Source: Kineococcus radiotolerans SRS30216 = ATCC BAA-149
GTDB lineage: Bacteria > Actinomycetota > Actinomycetes > Actinomycetales > Kineococcaceae
Assembly (NCBI RefSeq): GCF_000017305.1
Contig: NC_009664.2
Span: 120,001 to 152,000, forward strand
Reading direction: 5' to 3'
DNA: 32,000 nt
The position numbers and the translations under genes are program-made. A model generated the notes under the pieces. The model was not told the origin of the DNA, did no database searches, and was given only the letters and a program-made list of their open reading frames with translations. Of the stretch, positions 22,245 to 31,151 are shown piece after piece. Numbering within the stretch: position 1 is the first letter of the stretch; every line of letters begins with the position of its first letter.

Positions 22245-23102
22245 TCAGTGCCGTTCGAGCTCCCTCAGCGCGTCGTGCGCCGCCGCCACCGCCCGCGTCC
22301 GGTCCTGACCGGGTCCGCTGCGCGAGGCGAGGACGCCCTCGGCCAGGACCGCCACGGTCATCATGACCGCGGCGTAGCTGTCGAAGGCTCCGGGACCCTC
22401 CACGGGGACGACGAGGCGGTGGGCCACCGGCACCGGCGGCGGAGCAGCGGCGGGGTCGGTGAGCAGGACGCAGGGGACGCCGAGGTCGGCGGCGAGCCTC
22501 ACCGCCGCCGACACCGTCGGGGTCCGGCGGCGGAAGCCCACGACGACGAGGACGTCGCGCTCGTCGAGCCCGGCGAGCTCCTCGGCGACGGTCTGCCCCG
22601 GCAGGGGGCCCACCGCCACGTCGGGCCGGGCCTGCACCAGCTGCTCGCGCAGGTGCAGCGCGACGGGGTAGCTGTTGCGCCAGCCGAGGACGAGGACCCG
22701 CCGGGCCCGCGCGAGGGCGGTGGTCACGGCGTCGAGGTCGGCGGCGGCCAGGGCCGACGCGGTGCGGGTGAGGTTCTCGACGTCGTGGGCGAGGTGGACC
22801 GCGACCGGTTCCCCGCCGCTGTCGGGCAGTCCCCCGGTGGGGACGCCGCGGGCGCGCGGTGAGCGGGCGCCGGTCCGGGCCTGGGCGTAGGAGGTGAAAC
22901 CGAGCCGGCGGAAGAACCGGCTGACCGTGGCCTTCGACGCCCCGGACGCCTCGGCCAGCTCCGCCCCGCTGTAGCCGGCGAGGTCGTCGGCGCGTTCGAG
23001 CACGAACCGGGCGACCTGCCGCTCGGCGGGGGTGAGGCGCGGCCACGCCGCGTCGACGCGCTCGCGCACGCCGCGGCCGGGGGAGGTCTCGGGGGCGGTC
23101 AC
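22245..23102 (-). CDS. RpiR/MurR-family transcriptional regulator (HTH_6 plus SIS domain)
   Basis: GTG 23102 overlaps the upstream stop (GTGA). The HTH reads LTPAERQVARFVLERADDLAGYSGAELAEASGASKATVSRFFRRLGF. A SIS-like C-terminal half is present (VLVLGWRNSYPVA...VVVGFRRRT). Confidence 0.88.
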   Translation of the reverse strand: MTAPETSPGRGVRERVDAAWPRLTPAERQVARFVLERADDLAGYSGAELAEASGASKATVSRFFRRLGFTSYAQARTGARSPRARGVPTGGLPDSGGEPVAVHLAHDVENLTRTASALAAADLDAVTTALARARRVLVLGWRNSYPVALHLREQLVQARPDVAVGPLPGQTVAEELAGLDERDVLVVVGFRRRTPTVSAAVRLAADLGVPCVLLTDPAAAPPPVPVAHRLVVPVEGPGAFDSYAAVMMTVAVLAEGVLASRSGPGQDRTRAVAAAHDALRELERH

Positions 23103-24361
23103 GGGCGGTGGGTGGCGGCGCGGCGGGTGGCGACGTCGAGGACGGCCGCCTCGAGCGCGTCGAGGCCGGTGGCGACGTCGGACAGCGTCACGCTCTCGGC
23201 GGGGGCGTGGCTGATGCCGTCCGCGCAGCGCACGAAGACCATGGCGACCGGGGTGATGGCGGCGACGGCCATCGCGTCGTGCCCGGCCCGCGACCAGATC
23301 CGCAGCGGATCGGCGTCACCGGTGGCGGCGATCCCGGCCACCACCGACGCCGTCAGGTCCGCGTCGCAGTAGACCCCGGCGGCGCGGTGGGTCTCGGCCA
23401 GCTCGAACCCGAGCCCGCGGGCGGTGCAGAGCCGTCGGGCGTCCGCCGCGATCGCCTCGACCAGCGCGTCGCGCTCCCCGTCGTGCTCGGCGCGGACGTC
23501 GAGGGAGAACTCCACGAGACCGGGGACGACGTTCACGCCCCCGGGGTGGGCCTGGAGGCGGCCGACGGTGGCGATCCCGCCGCGTTCGACGGCGAGGCGT
23601 TCGACGGCCAGCACCACCTCGGAGGCGCCCACGAGGGCGTCGCGCCGCTTCGGGTAGGGGGTGCCGCCGGCGTGGCGGGCCTCGCCGACGACGCGGCCGG
23701 TGAAGCGGCGGGCCCCGGCGATGGAGGTGACCACCCCGAGGGGACGGTCGGCGGCCTCCAGGTGCGGGCCCTGCTCGATGTGCAGCTCCAGGTAGCCGAC
23801 GAGGTCCTCGGGCCGCCGCGCGGCCTCGGTGATCCGGGCGGGGTCCAGGCCGAACGCCGCGGCGGCTTCCCGCACGGTCGTCCCGGCGTCGTCCGCGCGG
23901 TCCCACCACTCCTCGCGCCAGGCGCCGGCGACGGCGGAACTGCCCATCAGGGCGGTGGAGAACCGGGTGCCCTCCTCGTCGGAGAACGCGACGACCTCCA
24001 GCGCGAACGGGAGTTCCGCCGCGCGCGGGGCGAGGCGGCCGGCGACCTCGATCGCGGTGAGGACCCCGAGGACGCCGTCGTAGCGGCCGGCGTCGGTGAC
24101 GGTGTCCAGGTGCGAACCCAGCACGAGCGCGGGCAGGCCGGGGGCGTTCCCCTCCAGCCGGCCCCACTGGTTGCCGGCCTGGTCGCGCCAGGTGCGCATC
24201 CCGGCCCCGGCCATCCACCGGGCCGCCACCTCGTTGGCCCTCGCGTGCTCGGGCGAGAGGTGGACCCGCTCGACGCCGCCCTCGAGCGCCGAGACGGCGG
24301 CGAGCTCGTCGCACCGGTCCAGGACCCGCTGCGCGTCGCGCCGGGCGTCGGAGGTGCTCAC
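23099..24361 (-). CDS. allC: Allantoate amidohydrolase (M20 family; AllC/PucF-like Zn/Mn hydrolase)
   Basis: GTG 24361 overlaps the aminotransferase stop (GTGA). The protein is collinear by eye with E. coli AllC: GSHLDTVTDAGRYDGVLGV, VVAFSDEEGTRF, ELHIEQGPHLE, HAGGTPYPKRRDA, VNVVPG, SRAGHDAM and GISHAPAE. N-carbamoyl-amino-acid hydrolase cannot be fully excluded without a tree. Confidence 0.85.
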   Translation of the reverse strand: MSTSDARRDAQRVLDRCDELAAVSALEGGVERVHLSPEHARANEVAARWMAGAGMRTWRDQAGNQWGRLEGNAPGLPALVLGSHLDTVTDAGRYDGVLGVLTAIEVAGRLAPRAAELPFALEVVAFSDEEGTRFSTALMGSSAVAGAWREEWWDRADDAGTTVREAAAAFGLDPARITEAARRPEDLVGYLELHIEQGPHLEAADRPLGVVTSIAGARRFTGRVVGEARHAGGTPYPKRRDALVGASEVVLAVERLAVERGGIATVGRLQAHPGGVNVVPGLVEFSLDVRAEHDGERDALVEAIAADARRLCTARGLGFELAETHRAAGVYCDADLTASVVAGIAATGDADPLRIWSRAGHDAMAVAAITPVAMVFVRCADGISHAPAESVTLSDVATGLDALEAAVLDVATRRAATHRP

Positions 24362-25647
24362 GCGTAGACCTCCTGCGCCGCCGCGGTTCCCGCTCCGGCT
24401 TCGACGGGCGCGCCGTGGCGGCGCAGGACCTGCTCGAGGGCGGCGAGGGTGACCAGGACGGCGTCCTTGCGGGCGTTGTACCCCATCGTCCCGATGCGCC
24501 AGACCCGTCCGGCCAGGGGCCCGAAACTGGTTCCGATCTCGATGCCGTAGTCGTGCAGGAGTTCGGCGCGCACGGCGTCCCCGTCGATCCCGGAGGGGAT
24601 CTCGACGGCCACGACGTTGTGCATCTTGTGCTCCACGTCGCCGAACACCGCGAGTCCCAGCCCGCGAACCCCTGCCAGCATCGCCTCGCCGTGCCGGCGG
24701 TGGCGGGCGACGGTCGCGTCCAGCCCCTCCTCCAGGACCAGCCGCGCGCACTCGCGAGCGCCGTACAGCATCGTGGTGGCCTCGGTGTGGTGGTTCAGGC
24801 GCTCCTCGCCCCAGTAGTCGAGGATCATCGCGAGGTCGAAGTAGTTGGAGCGGATGCGCAGCCCCGCCGGGGCGGTGTCCTCCGCCGAGGCGGGGTCGGC
24901 GCGCAGGCCCGCCTCGACGCTGCGGCGCGCTTCGATCACCGCCACGGCGCGCGGGGACAGCGAGATCGGGGCGCTGCCGGAAGGGCCGCCGAGGCACTTC
25001 TGCAGCCCGGCGGTGGCGACGTCGACCTCCCAGGCGTCCATCTCGAACGGGTTCCCGGCGAGGGATGCCGTGCAGTCGACGTAGAGCAGGGCGCCGTGCC
25101 GGTGACACATCCGGCCCACGCCCTCCAGGGGCTGGTTCATCGTGGTGGAGGTGTCGCCCTGGACGAGCGCGACGAGCTTCGGCTGCACCTCGCGCACCGC
25201 GTCCTCGAGGGCCTCGAGGGTGAACACCTGCCCCCACGGAACCTCGCGGACGTGGACGTCGGCGCCGCAGCGCTCGGCGATCTCGCGCAGCAGGTGGCCG
25301 AAGCGGCCGAAGACGGGGACGAGGACGCGGTCGCCGGGGACGATGAGCGAGACCAGCGCGGCTTCGATGCCGGCGCGGGAGGTGCCGTCGACGAGCAGGG
25401 TCGCCGCGTTGGTGGTGCGGAAGACCGCGCGGTAGAGGGCTTGGGTCTCGTTCATGTACGCGGTCATGGCCGGGTCGTACTGGCCGACGAGCTGGGCGGA
25501 CATGGCGCGCAGGACCCGGGGGTCCACGGTGATGGGGCCCGGCCCCATGAGCAGCCGCGGCGGTGGGGCGATCGGGGCCGCGACGGAGGTGCGCAGGAGG
25601 GACGGGTCCACCGCCGGGTTCTGGATCGACTGTTCCACACTGGTCAT
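24358..25647 (-). CDS. Class-V aminotransferase of the alanine/serine-glyoxylate family (PucG-like, candidate (S)-ureidoglycine-glyoxylate aminotransferase)
   Basis: ATG 25647 gives MTSVEQS and lies 10 nt after GGAG. Motifs: LMGPGPITVDPRVLRAM, VQGDTSTT and the PLP lysine motif AGLQKCLGGPSG. It is located between allantoinase and allantoate amidohydrolase. Confidence 0.85.
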   Translation of the reverse strand: MTSVEQSIQNPAVDPSLLRTSVAAPIAPPPRLLMGPGPITVDPRVLRAMSAQLVGQYDPAMTAYMNETQALYRAVFRTTNAATLLVDGTSRAGIEAALVSLIVPGDRVLVPVFGRFGHLLREIAERCGADVHVREVPWGQVFTLEALEDAVREVQPKLVALVQGDTSTTMNQPLEGVGRMCHRHGALLYVDCTASLAGNPFEMDAWEVDVATAGLQKCLGGPSGSAPISLSPRAVAVIEARRSVEAGLRADPASAEDTAPAGLRIRSNYFDLAMILDYWGEERLNHHTEATTMLYGARECARLVLEEGLDATVARHRRHGEAMLAGVRGLGLAVFGDVEHKMHNVVAVEIPSGIDGDAVRAELLHDYGIEIGTSFGPLAGRVWRIGTMGYNARKDAVLVTLAALEQVLRRHGAPVEAGAGTAAAQEVYA

Positions 25648-25763
25648 GTTATGCAATCTCCGTTCCAGAACCAATGCCCCGCACCAACCCTTCGAAACTT
25701 CCGGATGCCGGCCCCCTGCTGCCACCGGGCCCCACCACCGACGCCGTCCGGGCGCGGGACGGG

Positions 25764-27266
25764 TCAGGGGCGCTCGCGGGCCGGGGCGTGCAGCAGTTCC
25801 CCCCGGGGTTCGCCCTCCAGGTCGATCCGGTTCCCCCGCAACCACGTCGAACGCACCGCGCCGGTGAACCGCCGCCCCTCGTAGGGCGTCACCGCGTTGC
25901 GGTGGTGCAGGGACCGCGCGTCGACGACCCACTCCTCCTCCGGCGCGAACACCGCGAAGTCCGCGACGTTGCCCACCGCGATGCGCCCCCGGTCGCGCAG
26001 ACCGGCCAGGTCCGCCGTCGCCGACGCCATCCACCCCACCACCGTCTCCAACCCCACCCCGCGCGAGCGGGCCGCGGTCCACACCGCGGGGAGCCCCAGC
26101 TGCACGGAGGCGATCCCGCCCCAGGCGATCCCGAAGTCGCCCTCCTCCAGCCGCTTCAGCTCCACGGTGCACGGGGAGTGGTCCGAGACCACGCAGTCGA
26201 TCGTGCCGTCGAGCAAGCCGGCCCACAGCGCGTCCTGCTCGGCGCGGTCGCGGATCGGCGGGCAGCACTTGAACGAGGTGTCCCCGTCGGGGACGGCGCC
26301 GGCGTCCAGGGTCAGGTAGTGCGGGCACGTCTCCGCGCTCAGGCGGGTCCCCGCGGCCTTGGCCGCGGCGACCTCGGCCAGCCCCGCGGCCGAGGACAGG
26401 TGCACCACGTGGGCCCGCGCCCCGGCGCGGGCGGCGGCCTCCGCGAGCGCCCGCACCGCACGGGCCTCCGCGCTCGGCGGGCGCGAGGCCACGAAGTCGG
26501 CGAAGCTCCGGCCCCCGGGGTGGGCGTGGGCGTCGATCTCCTCGGCGTCCTCGGCGTGGGCCAGCAGCAGGCCGTCGAAGCGGGCCAGTTCGGCCAGCGC
26601 CACCGCCAGGCCGGCGGCGTCCAGCGGGGGGAACTCCGCCACGCCGGAGTCGAGCAGGAAGCACTTCACCCCGAACACCCCCGCCGCGTGCAGCGGAGCG
26701 AGCTGGTCGGCGTTGCCGGGCACGGCGCCACCCCAGAACCCCACGTCGACCGTGCACTGCCCCGCCGCCGCGGCCCGCTTCACCGCGAGCGCGGCCGGGT
26801 CGAGGGTGGCGGGGACGCTGTTCAGCGGCATGTCCAGGATGGTCGTGATGCCCCCGGCGGCCGCGGCACGGGTCGCGGAGGCGAAACCCTCCCACTCGGT
26901 GCGGCCCGGTTCGTTGACGTGGACGTGGGTGTCCACCAGCCCCGGCAGCAGCACCTCGTCCTCAGCCAGGACGACCTCGCGCGCGGCCGCCCAGGGGTGC
27001 TCGAACGCCTCCACGGCGACGATCCGCCCCTCCCGCACCGCCACGGACACCGCCCGCGTCGCACCGTCCACCACGGCCCGCGCCGCCCGCAGCACCACGT
27101 CCGCCCGCGGTCCGCCCCCAACCGCCGGCACCACGTCGCCCGACCCGCCGTCCACCACGCCCTCCACCCTTCCTCCGGTCAGCACACCTCGTTCGACGTC
27201 CGGCGGGCTCCACCACGGCGGCCCGCCGGGCCGCGCGTCGAGGTCCCCCGTGGTCCGCCGGGTCAC
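25764..27266 (-). CDS. allB: Allantoinase (cyclic amidohydrolase)
   Basis: PGLVDTHVHVNEPGRTEWEGFASATRAAAAGGITTILDMPLNSVPAT is a near-textbook AllB metal motif. The start is placed at GTG 27266 because it overlaps the XdhC stop (GTGA) and the next 24 codons all end in G/C. Alternative internal starts are GTG 27167 and GTG 27158, after GGAGGAAGG. Confidence 0.85.
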   Translation of the reverse strand: MTRRTTGDLDARPGGPPWWSPPDVERGVLTGGRVEGVVDGGSGDVVPAVGGGPRADVVLRAARAVVDGATRAVSVAVREGRIVAVEAFEHPWAAAREVVLAEDEVLLPGLVDTHVHVNEPGRTEWEGFASATRAAAAGGITTILDMPLNSVPATLDPAALAVKRAAAAGQCTVDVGFWGGAVPGNADQLAPLHAAGVFGVKCFLLDSGVAEFPPLDAAGLAVALAELARFDGLLLAHAEDAEEIDAHAHPGGRSFADFVASRPPSAEARAVRALAEAAARAGARAHVVHLSSAAGLAEVAAAKAAGTRLSAETCPHYLTLDAGAVPDGDTSFKCCPPIRDRAEQDALWAGLLDGTIDCVVSDHSPCTVELKRLEEGDFGIAWGGIASVQLGLPAVWTAARSRGVGLETVVGWMASATADLAGLRDRGRIAVGNVADFAVFAPEEEWVVDARSLHHRNAVTPYEGRRFTGAVRSTWLRGNRIDLEGEPRGELLHAPARERP

Positions 27267-28408
27267 GAGCAACGACGCACCTGCGGGACGATCAACGGAA
27301 CCGGGGTGTCCGCGCGGTGGATCGGACCCGCGCTGCGGCTCAGACGCGCCCCGCTCCCCCCGTGCCGGTGCGCGATGATCTCCGCGACGATGGACACGGC
27401 GGTCTCCTCCGGGGTCCGTGCTCCGAGGTCCAGACCGAGGGGCGAGGACAACCGCTCCAGCTGCTCAGCCCGCACCCCCGCCGCGGCCAGCCGGGACAGG
27501 CGATCCCGATGGGTTCGTCGCGACCCCAGGGCGCCCACGTAGCCGGCGGGCCCGCGCAGCGCCTCCTCCAGCAGGGGGACGTCGAACTTCTCGTCGTGGG
27601 TGAGGACGCACACGACGGTGCGCTCGTCGACGGCGGTGGCGCGCAGGTACGCGGCCGGCCACTGCACGACCACCTCGTCCGCGTCCGGGAACCGGGCTCG
27701 GGTGGCGAACAGGCCCCGCGCGTCGCAGACGGTCACGTGGTAGCCGAGGAACTTCGCCAGCCGCGTCAGCGCCCCCGCGGGCTCGACCGCCCCGAACACC
27801 AGCAGGCGCGGCGGCGGGGCGACCACCTCGAGGAAGACGTCCACCTCGTCGTACCGGCCGTCCGCGCACCCCACCGGCCGCGGTGCACCGCTGTCACCGC
27901 GGCGCAGCGCCGCGCGGGCCGCCGCCTCCACGCTCCGGTCGAGGTCCGCGTCGCCGAGGGTTCCCGCGGTGCCCGCCGCGTCCACCAGCAGGGTGCGGCC
28001 CAGCCGCGCGCTGCCCGCCGGGCCGACGACGGTGGCCAGGACCGTCGCCCGCCCACCGGCCTCGGCCTCGACGGCCCGGCGCAGCAGGTCGCCGTCCGCG
28101 ACCGTGAACGGGCGGACCAGGACGTCGAGGGCGCCGCCGCAGGTCAGGCCCACGGCGAAGGGGTCGTCGTCCACCCCGAACCGCTCGGTGCGGGAACGCC
28201 CGTCCTCCAGGGTCAGGCGGCACAGCTCGTACACCGCCCCCTCGACGCAGCCGCCGGACACGCTGCCGACCACCGCACCGTCCGCGGTCACGACCAGGGA
28301 GGCTCCCGCCGGGCGCGGCGCGGACCCCTCGACGCGGAACACCGTCGCCACGGCGAAGGGTTCGCCCCCGGCCAGCAACCCCCGCAGTTGCGGGAAGACC
28401 TCACGCAC
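27263..28408 (-). CDS. xdhC: XdhC/CoxI-family molybdenum-cofactor insertion chaperone for xanthine dehydrogenase
   Basis: GTG 28408 overlaps the stop of the Mo subunit (GTGCGTGA). The N-terminal XdhC_CoxI motif is [37 protein letters not shown]. The C-terminal Rossmann-like domain reads [30 protein letters not shown]. Confidence 0.9.
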   Translation of the reverse strand: MREVFPQLRGLLAGGEPFAVATVFRVEGSAPRPAGASLVVTADGAVVGSVSGGCVEGAVYELCRLTLEDGRSRTERFGVDDDPFAVGLTCGGALDVLVRPFTVADGDLLRRAVEAEAGGRATVLATVVGPAGSARLGRTLLVDAAGTAGTLGDADLDRSVEAAARAALRRGDSGAPRPVGCADGRYDEVDVFLEVVAPPPRLLVFGAVEPAGALTRLAKFLGYHVTVCDARGLFATRARFPDADEVVVQWPAAYLRATAVDERTVVCVLTHDEKFDVPLLEEALRGPAGYVGALGSRRTHRDRLSRLAAAGVRAEQLERLSSPLGLDLGARTPEETAVSIVAEIIAHRHGGSGARLSRSAGPIHRADTPVPLIVPQVRRCS

Positions 28409-31151
28409 GGTCGGCCGCCTCGGCCAGCGCGCGCCAGACGCGGTCCGGGCGCATCGGCAACCTCCGCAGCCGCACCCCGACGGCGTCGCGCACCGCGTTG
28501 GCCAGAGCGGGAGCGACGGGGTTGTAGGGCGCTTCGCTCATCGACTTCGCCCCCAGCGGGCCCACCGCGTCGACGGTGTCGGCGAACAGAACCTCCGTCG
28601 TCCCCAGGTCGGCGGCCCGCGGGGCGTGGTACTCCCGCAACGACACCGTGAGGGGGCTGCCGTCGTCGGCGCGGTGCACCTCCTCGAACAGGGCCGACCC
28701 GATGGCCTGCGCGACCCCGCCCTCGACCTGCCCGCGCAACTGCACGGGGTTGAGGACGACCCCCGCGTCGACGGCGTGCACCGACCGCAGGATCCGCACC
28801 TCGCCGGTGCTGGTGTCCACGGCGACGCGGAAACCCTGGACGTTGAACGCGACGGAACGCAGTGCGGCGTCGTCGGCCCCGTCGGCCCGCGGCGCGGCGC
28901 CCGCGGTGCGCACCGCGTGGGCGTGGACGTCGCTCAGCGGGACGGAGCGCGGCCCGCACCGCACCCCCTCCGGTTCCAACACGACCGTCGCCGGGTCCGC
29001 GCCGAGCAGGTCGGCGCCCAGCGCCCGCACCTGCCCCGCGAGGCGCTCGCAGGCGATGAGCAGCGCCTTGCCGGCGACGACGGAACCGGCCGAGCCGAAC
29101 GCCCCGGTGTCGTGGCCGGTGACGTCGGTGTCGGCCTGCCGCAACCGCAGCCGGTCGGCGGTGGTGCTCAGGGCGTGCACGCCGATCTGGGTGTGGACGG
29201 TCGTCGTGCCGTTGCCGAACTCCGCGGTTCCGACGTTCAGCTCCCACGTCCCGTCGGCCAGCAGGCGGGCGGAGGCCTCCGCGAAGTGCCCGCGCGGGGG
29301 CACGGTGGCGATCATCGACAGCGCGATCCCGGACCCGGTGCGCCAGCCGGGCCCGTCGGGGACGGGGTCACCGCCGCGCGGGAGTTCCCGCTCCACCAGG
29401 TCCAGGCACTGGTCCAGGCCGTAGCTGCCGAAGCGCAGACCGTCGTCCTCGCCGGTGACGGCGGGGTCGGAGGTGGCGACGAACCGGTCGCCGGGGACGA
29501 CGACGTTCCTGCGGCGCACCGTGAACGGGTCGATCCCGAGTTCGCGGGCCAGGTCGTCCAGCGCCGATTCGAGGGCGAAGACGACCTGGCCCAGGCCGTA
29601 CCCCCGGAAGGCGCCGGAGGGGACGGAGTTCGTGTAGACCGCGCGGGCGTCGACGCGCTTGTTCGCGCACCGGTACGTCGCCACCGACTCGTGCACGGAG
29701 TGGAACATCACCCCCGGGGAGTGGTTGCCGTAGGCGCCGGCGTCGGAGAGCAGGTCCACCGCCAGCGCCGTCAGGGTGCCGTCCGCCGTGGCGCCCAGAC
29801 GCACCCGCACGTCCATCGGGTGCCGCGTCGGCAACGCCGTGAGCGCCTCGCGGCGGGTCGTCTCGTACTGCACGGGCCGGCCGGTGCGCAGCACCGCGAG
29901 GGCGACGAGGTCCTCGGTGAGCATCTCCTGCTTGCCGCCGAAACCCCCGCCGACGCGGGCGGCCAGCACCCGCACCCGCGCGCGGTCCAGGCCGAGGACC
30001 CGGGCGAGCTCGTCGCGCACGAGGAACGGCACCTGGGTGCTGCTGCGCACCACCAGCCGTCCCTCCTCGTCCAGCCAGCCGACCGCGGCGTGGGTCTCCA
30101 GCGCGACGTGGGCGACGCGCTGGGTGCGCCAGGTCCCCTCGACGACGGCGTGGGCGGAGGCCAGGGCCTCCTCGACGTCGCCGACCTCGCTGTGCAGCTC
30201 GGCGACCAGGTTGCGCGCGGGGTCCGCGATGCGGCTGTCGGCGTCCTTGTCGGCGTGCAGCAGCGGCGCACCGGGAGCGGTGGCCCGGTGCGGGTCCAGG
30301 ACGGCGGGCAGCACCTCGTACTCCACGGCGATCAGCCCCAGCGCCTCCTCGGCGAGCGCCACTGACTCGGCGACGGCCACCGCGACCCGCTGGCCGTGGT
30401 GGCGCAGGACGGGGTCGAGGACGAGGGTGTCGTCGGGGTCGTCGAGGCGGTTCTGGTGGCGACCGGTGGAGAACAGCACCGGCGGTGCGTCGTGGTGGGT
30501 CAGCACGAGGTGCACGCCGGGCAGCGCGGCGGCGGCGCGGGTGTCGATGGCGGTGACGCGGGCGTGCGCGTGCGGGCTGCGCAGGACCGCGGCGTGCAGC
30601 AACCCCGCCGGAACGTCGCCCTCGGCGAGGTCGAGGGTGTACGGCTCGGTGCCGGTGACGACGCGGTGCGCGGCCGGCGCCGCGACGGCCTCGCCGATCC
30701 CCCCGCTGCGGGCGAGCGCGGGCAGGGTCTGTCCGCCCGCCGCCTCGCGGACCGCGCGGTACCCGGTGCAGCGGCACAGGTTGCCCTTGAGGTGCTCGTC
30801 GAGGTCGGCGCGCTGCTCCTCGTCCAGCGCCGCGGCGGTGACGACCATCCCCGGCGTGCAGAACCCGCACTGGAACCCGGCCGCGTCCACGAAGCGCTGC
30901 TGCACCGGGTGCAGGCTCCCCGCCGGGGCCAGGCCCGCGGCGGTGGTGACCTCCCGGTCGCCCGCGCGCAGCGCGGGGTACAGGCACGAGTGCACCGGGG
31001 AACCGTCCACGAGCACCGTGCAGGCCCCGCAGTCCCCGGTGTCGCAGCCCTTCTTCACCGTCGTCCCGGCGTTCTCGCGCAGCAGGGTCCGCAGGCACTG
31101 CCCCGGCCGCGGCTCCACCTCGGCGGCCACCCCGTCCACGGTGAGCTTCAC
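28401..31151 (-). CDS. Xanthine-dehydrogenase-family protein: fused [2Fe-2S] small-subunit domain plus molybdopterin-binding large subunit
   Basis: GTG 31151 overlaps the FAD-subunit stop (GTGA). The ferredoxin-like cluster is [12 protein letters not shown] and the second cluster is [11 protein letters not shown]...CRCTGY. These continue without a stop into the Mo domain ([33 protein letters not shown]). Total length is 916 aa. Confidence 0.9.
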   Translation of the reverse strand: MKLTVDGVAAEVEPRPGQCLRTLLRENAGTTVKKGCDTGDCGACTVLVDGSPVHSCLYPALRAGDREVTTAAGLAPAGSLHPVQQRFVDAAGFQCGFCTPGMVVTAAALDEEQRADLDEHLKGNLCRCTGYRAVREAAGGQTLPALARSGGIGEAVAAPAAHRVVTGTEPYTLDLAEGDVPAGLLHAAVLRSPHAHARVTAIDTRAAAALPGVHLVLTHHDAPPVLFSTGRHQNRLDDPDDTLVLDPVLRHHGQRVAVAVAESVALAEEALGLIAVEYEVLPAVLDPHRATAPGAPLLHADKDADSRIADPARNLVAELHSEVGDVEEALASAHAVVEGTWRTQRVAHVALETHAAVGWLDEEGRLVVRSSTQVPFLVRDELARVLGLDRARVRVLAARVGGGFGGKQEMLTEDLVALAVLRTGRPVQYETTRREALTALPTRHPMDVRVRLGATADGTLTALAVDLLSDAGAYGNHSPGVMFHSVHESVATYRCANKRVDARAVYTNSVPSGAFRGYGLGQVVFALESALDDLARELGIDPFTVRRRNVVVPGDRFVATSDPAVTGEDDGLRFGSYGLDQCLDLVERELPRGGDPVPDGPGWRTGSGIALSMIATVPPRGHFAEASARLLADGTWELNVGTAEFGNGTTTVHTQIGVHALSTTADRLRLRQADTDVTGHDTGAFGSAGSVVAGKALLIACERLAGQVRALGADLLGADPATVVLEPEGVRCGPRSVPLSDVHAHAVRTAGAAPRADGADDAALRSVAFNVQGFRVAVDTSTGEVRILRSVHAVDAGVVLNPVQLRGQVEGGVAQAIGSALFEEVHRADDGSPLTVSLREYHAPRAADLGTTEVLFADTVDAVGPLGAKSMSEAPYNPVAPALANAVRDAVGVRLRRLPMRPDRVWRALAEAADRA

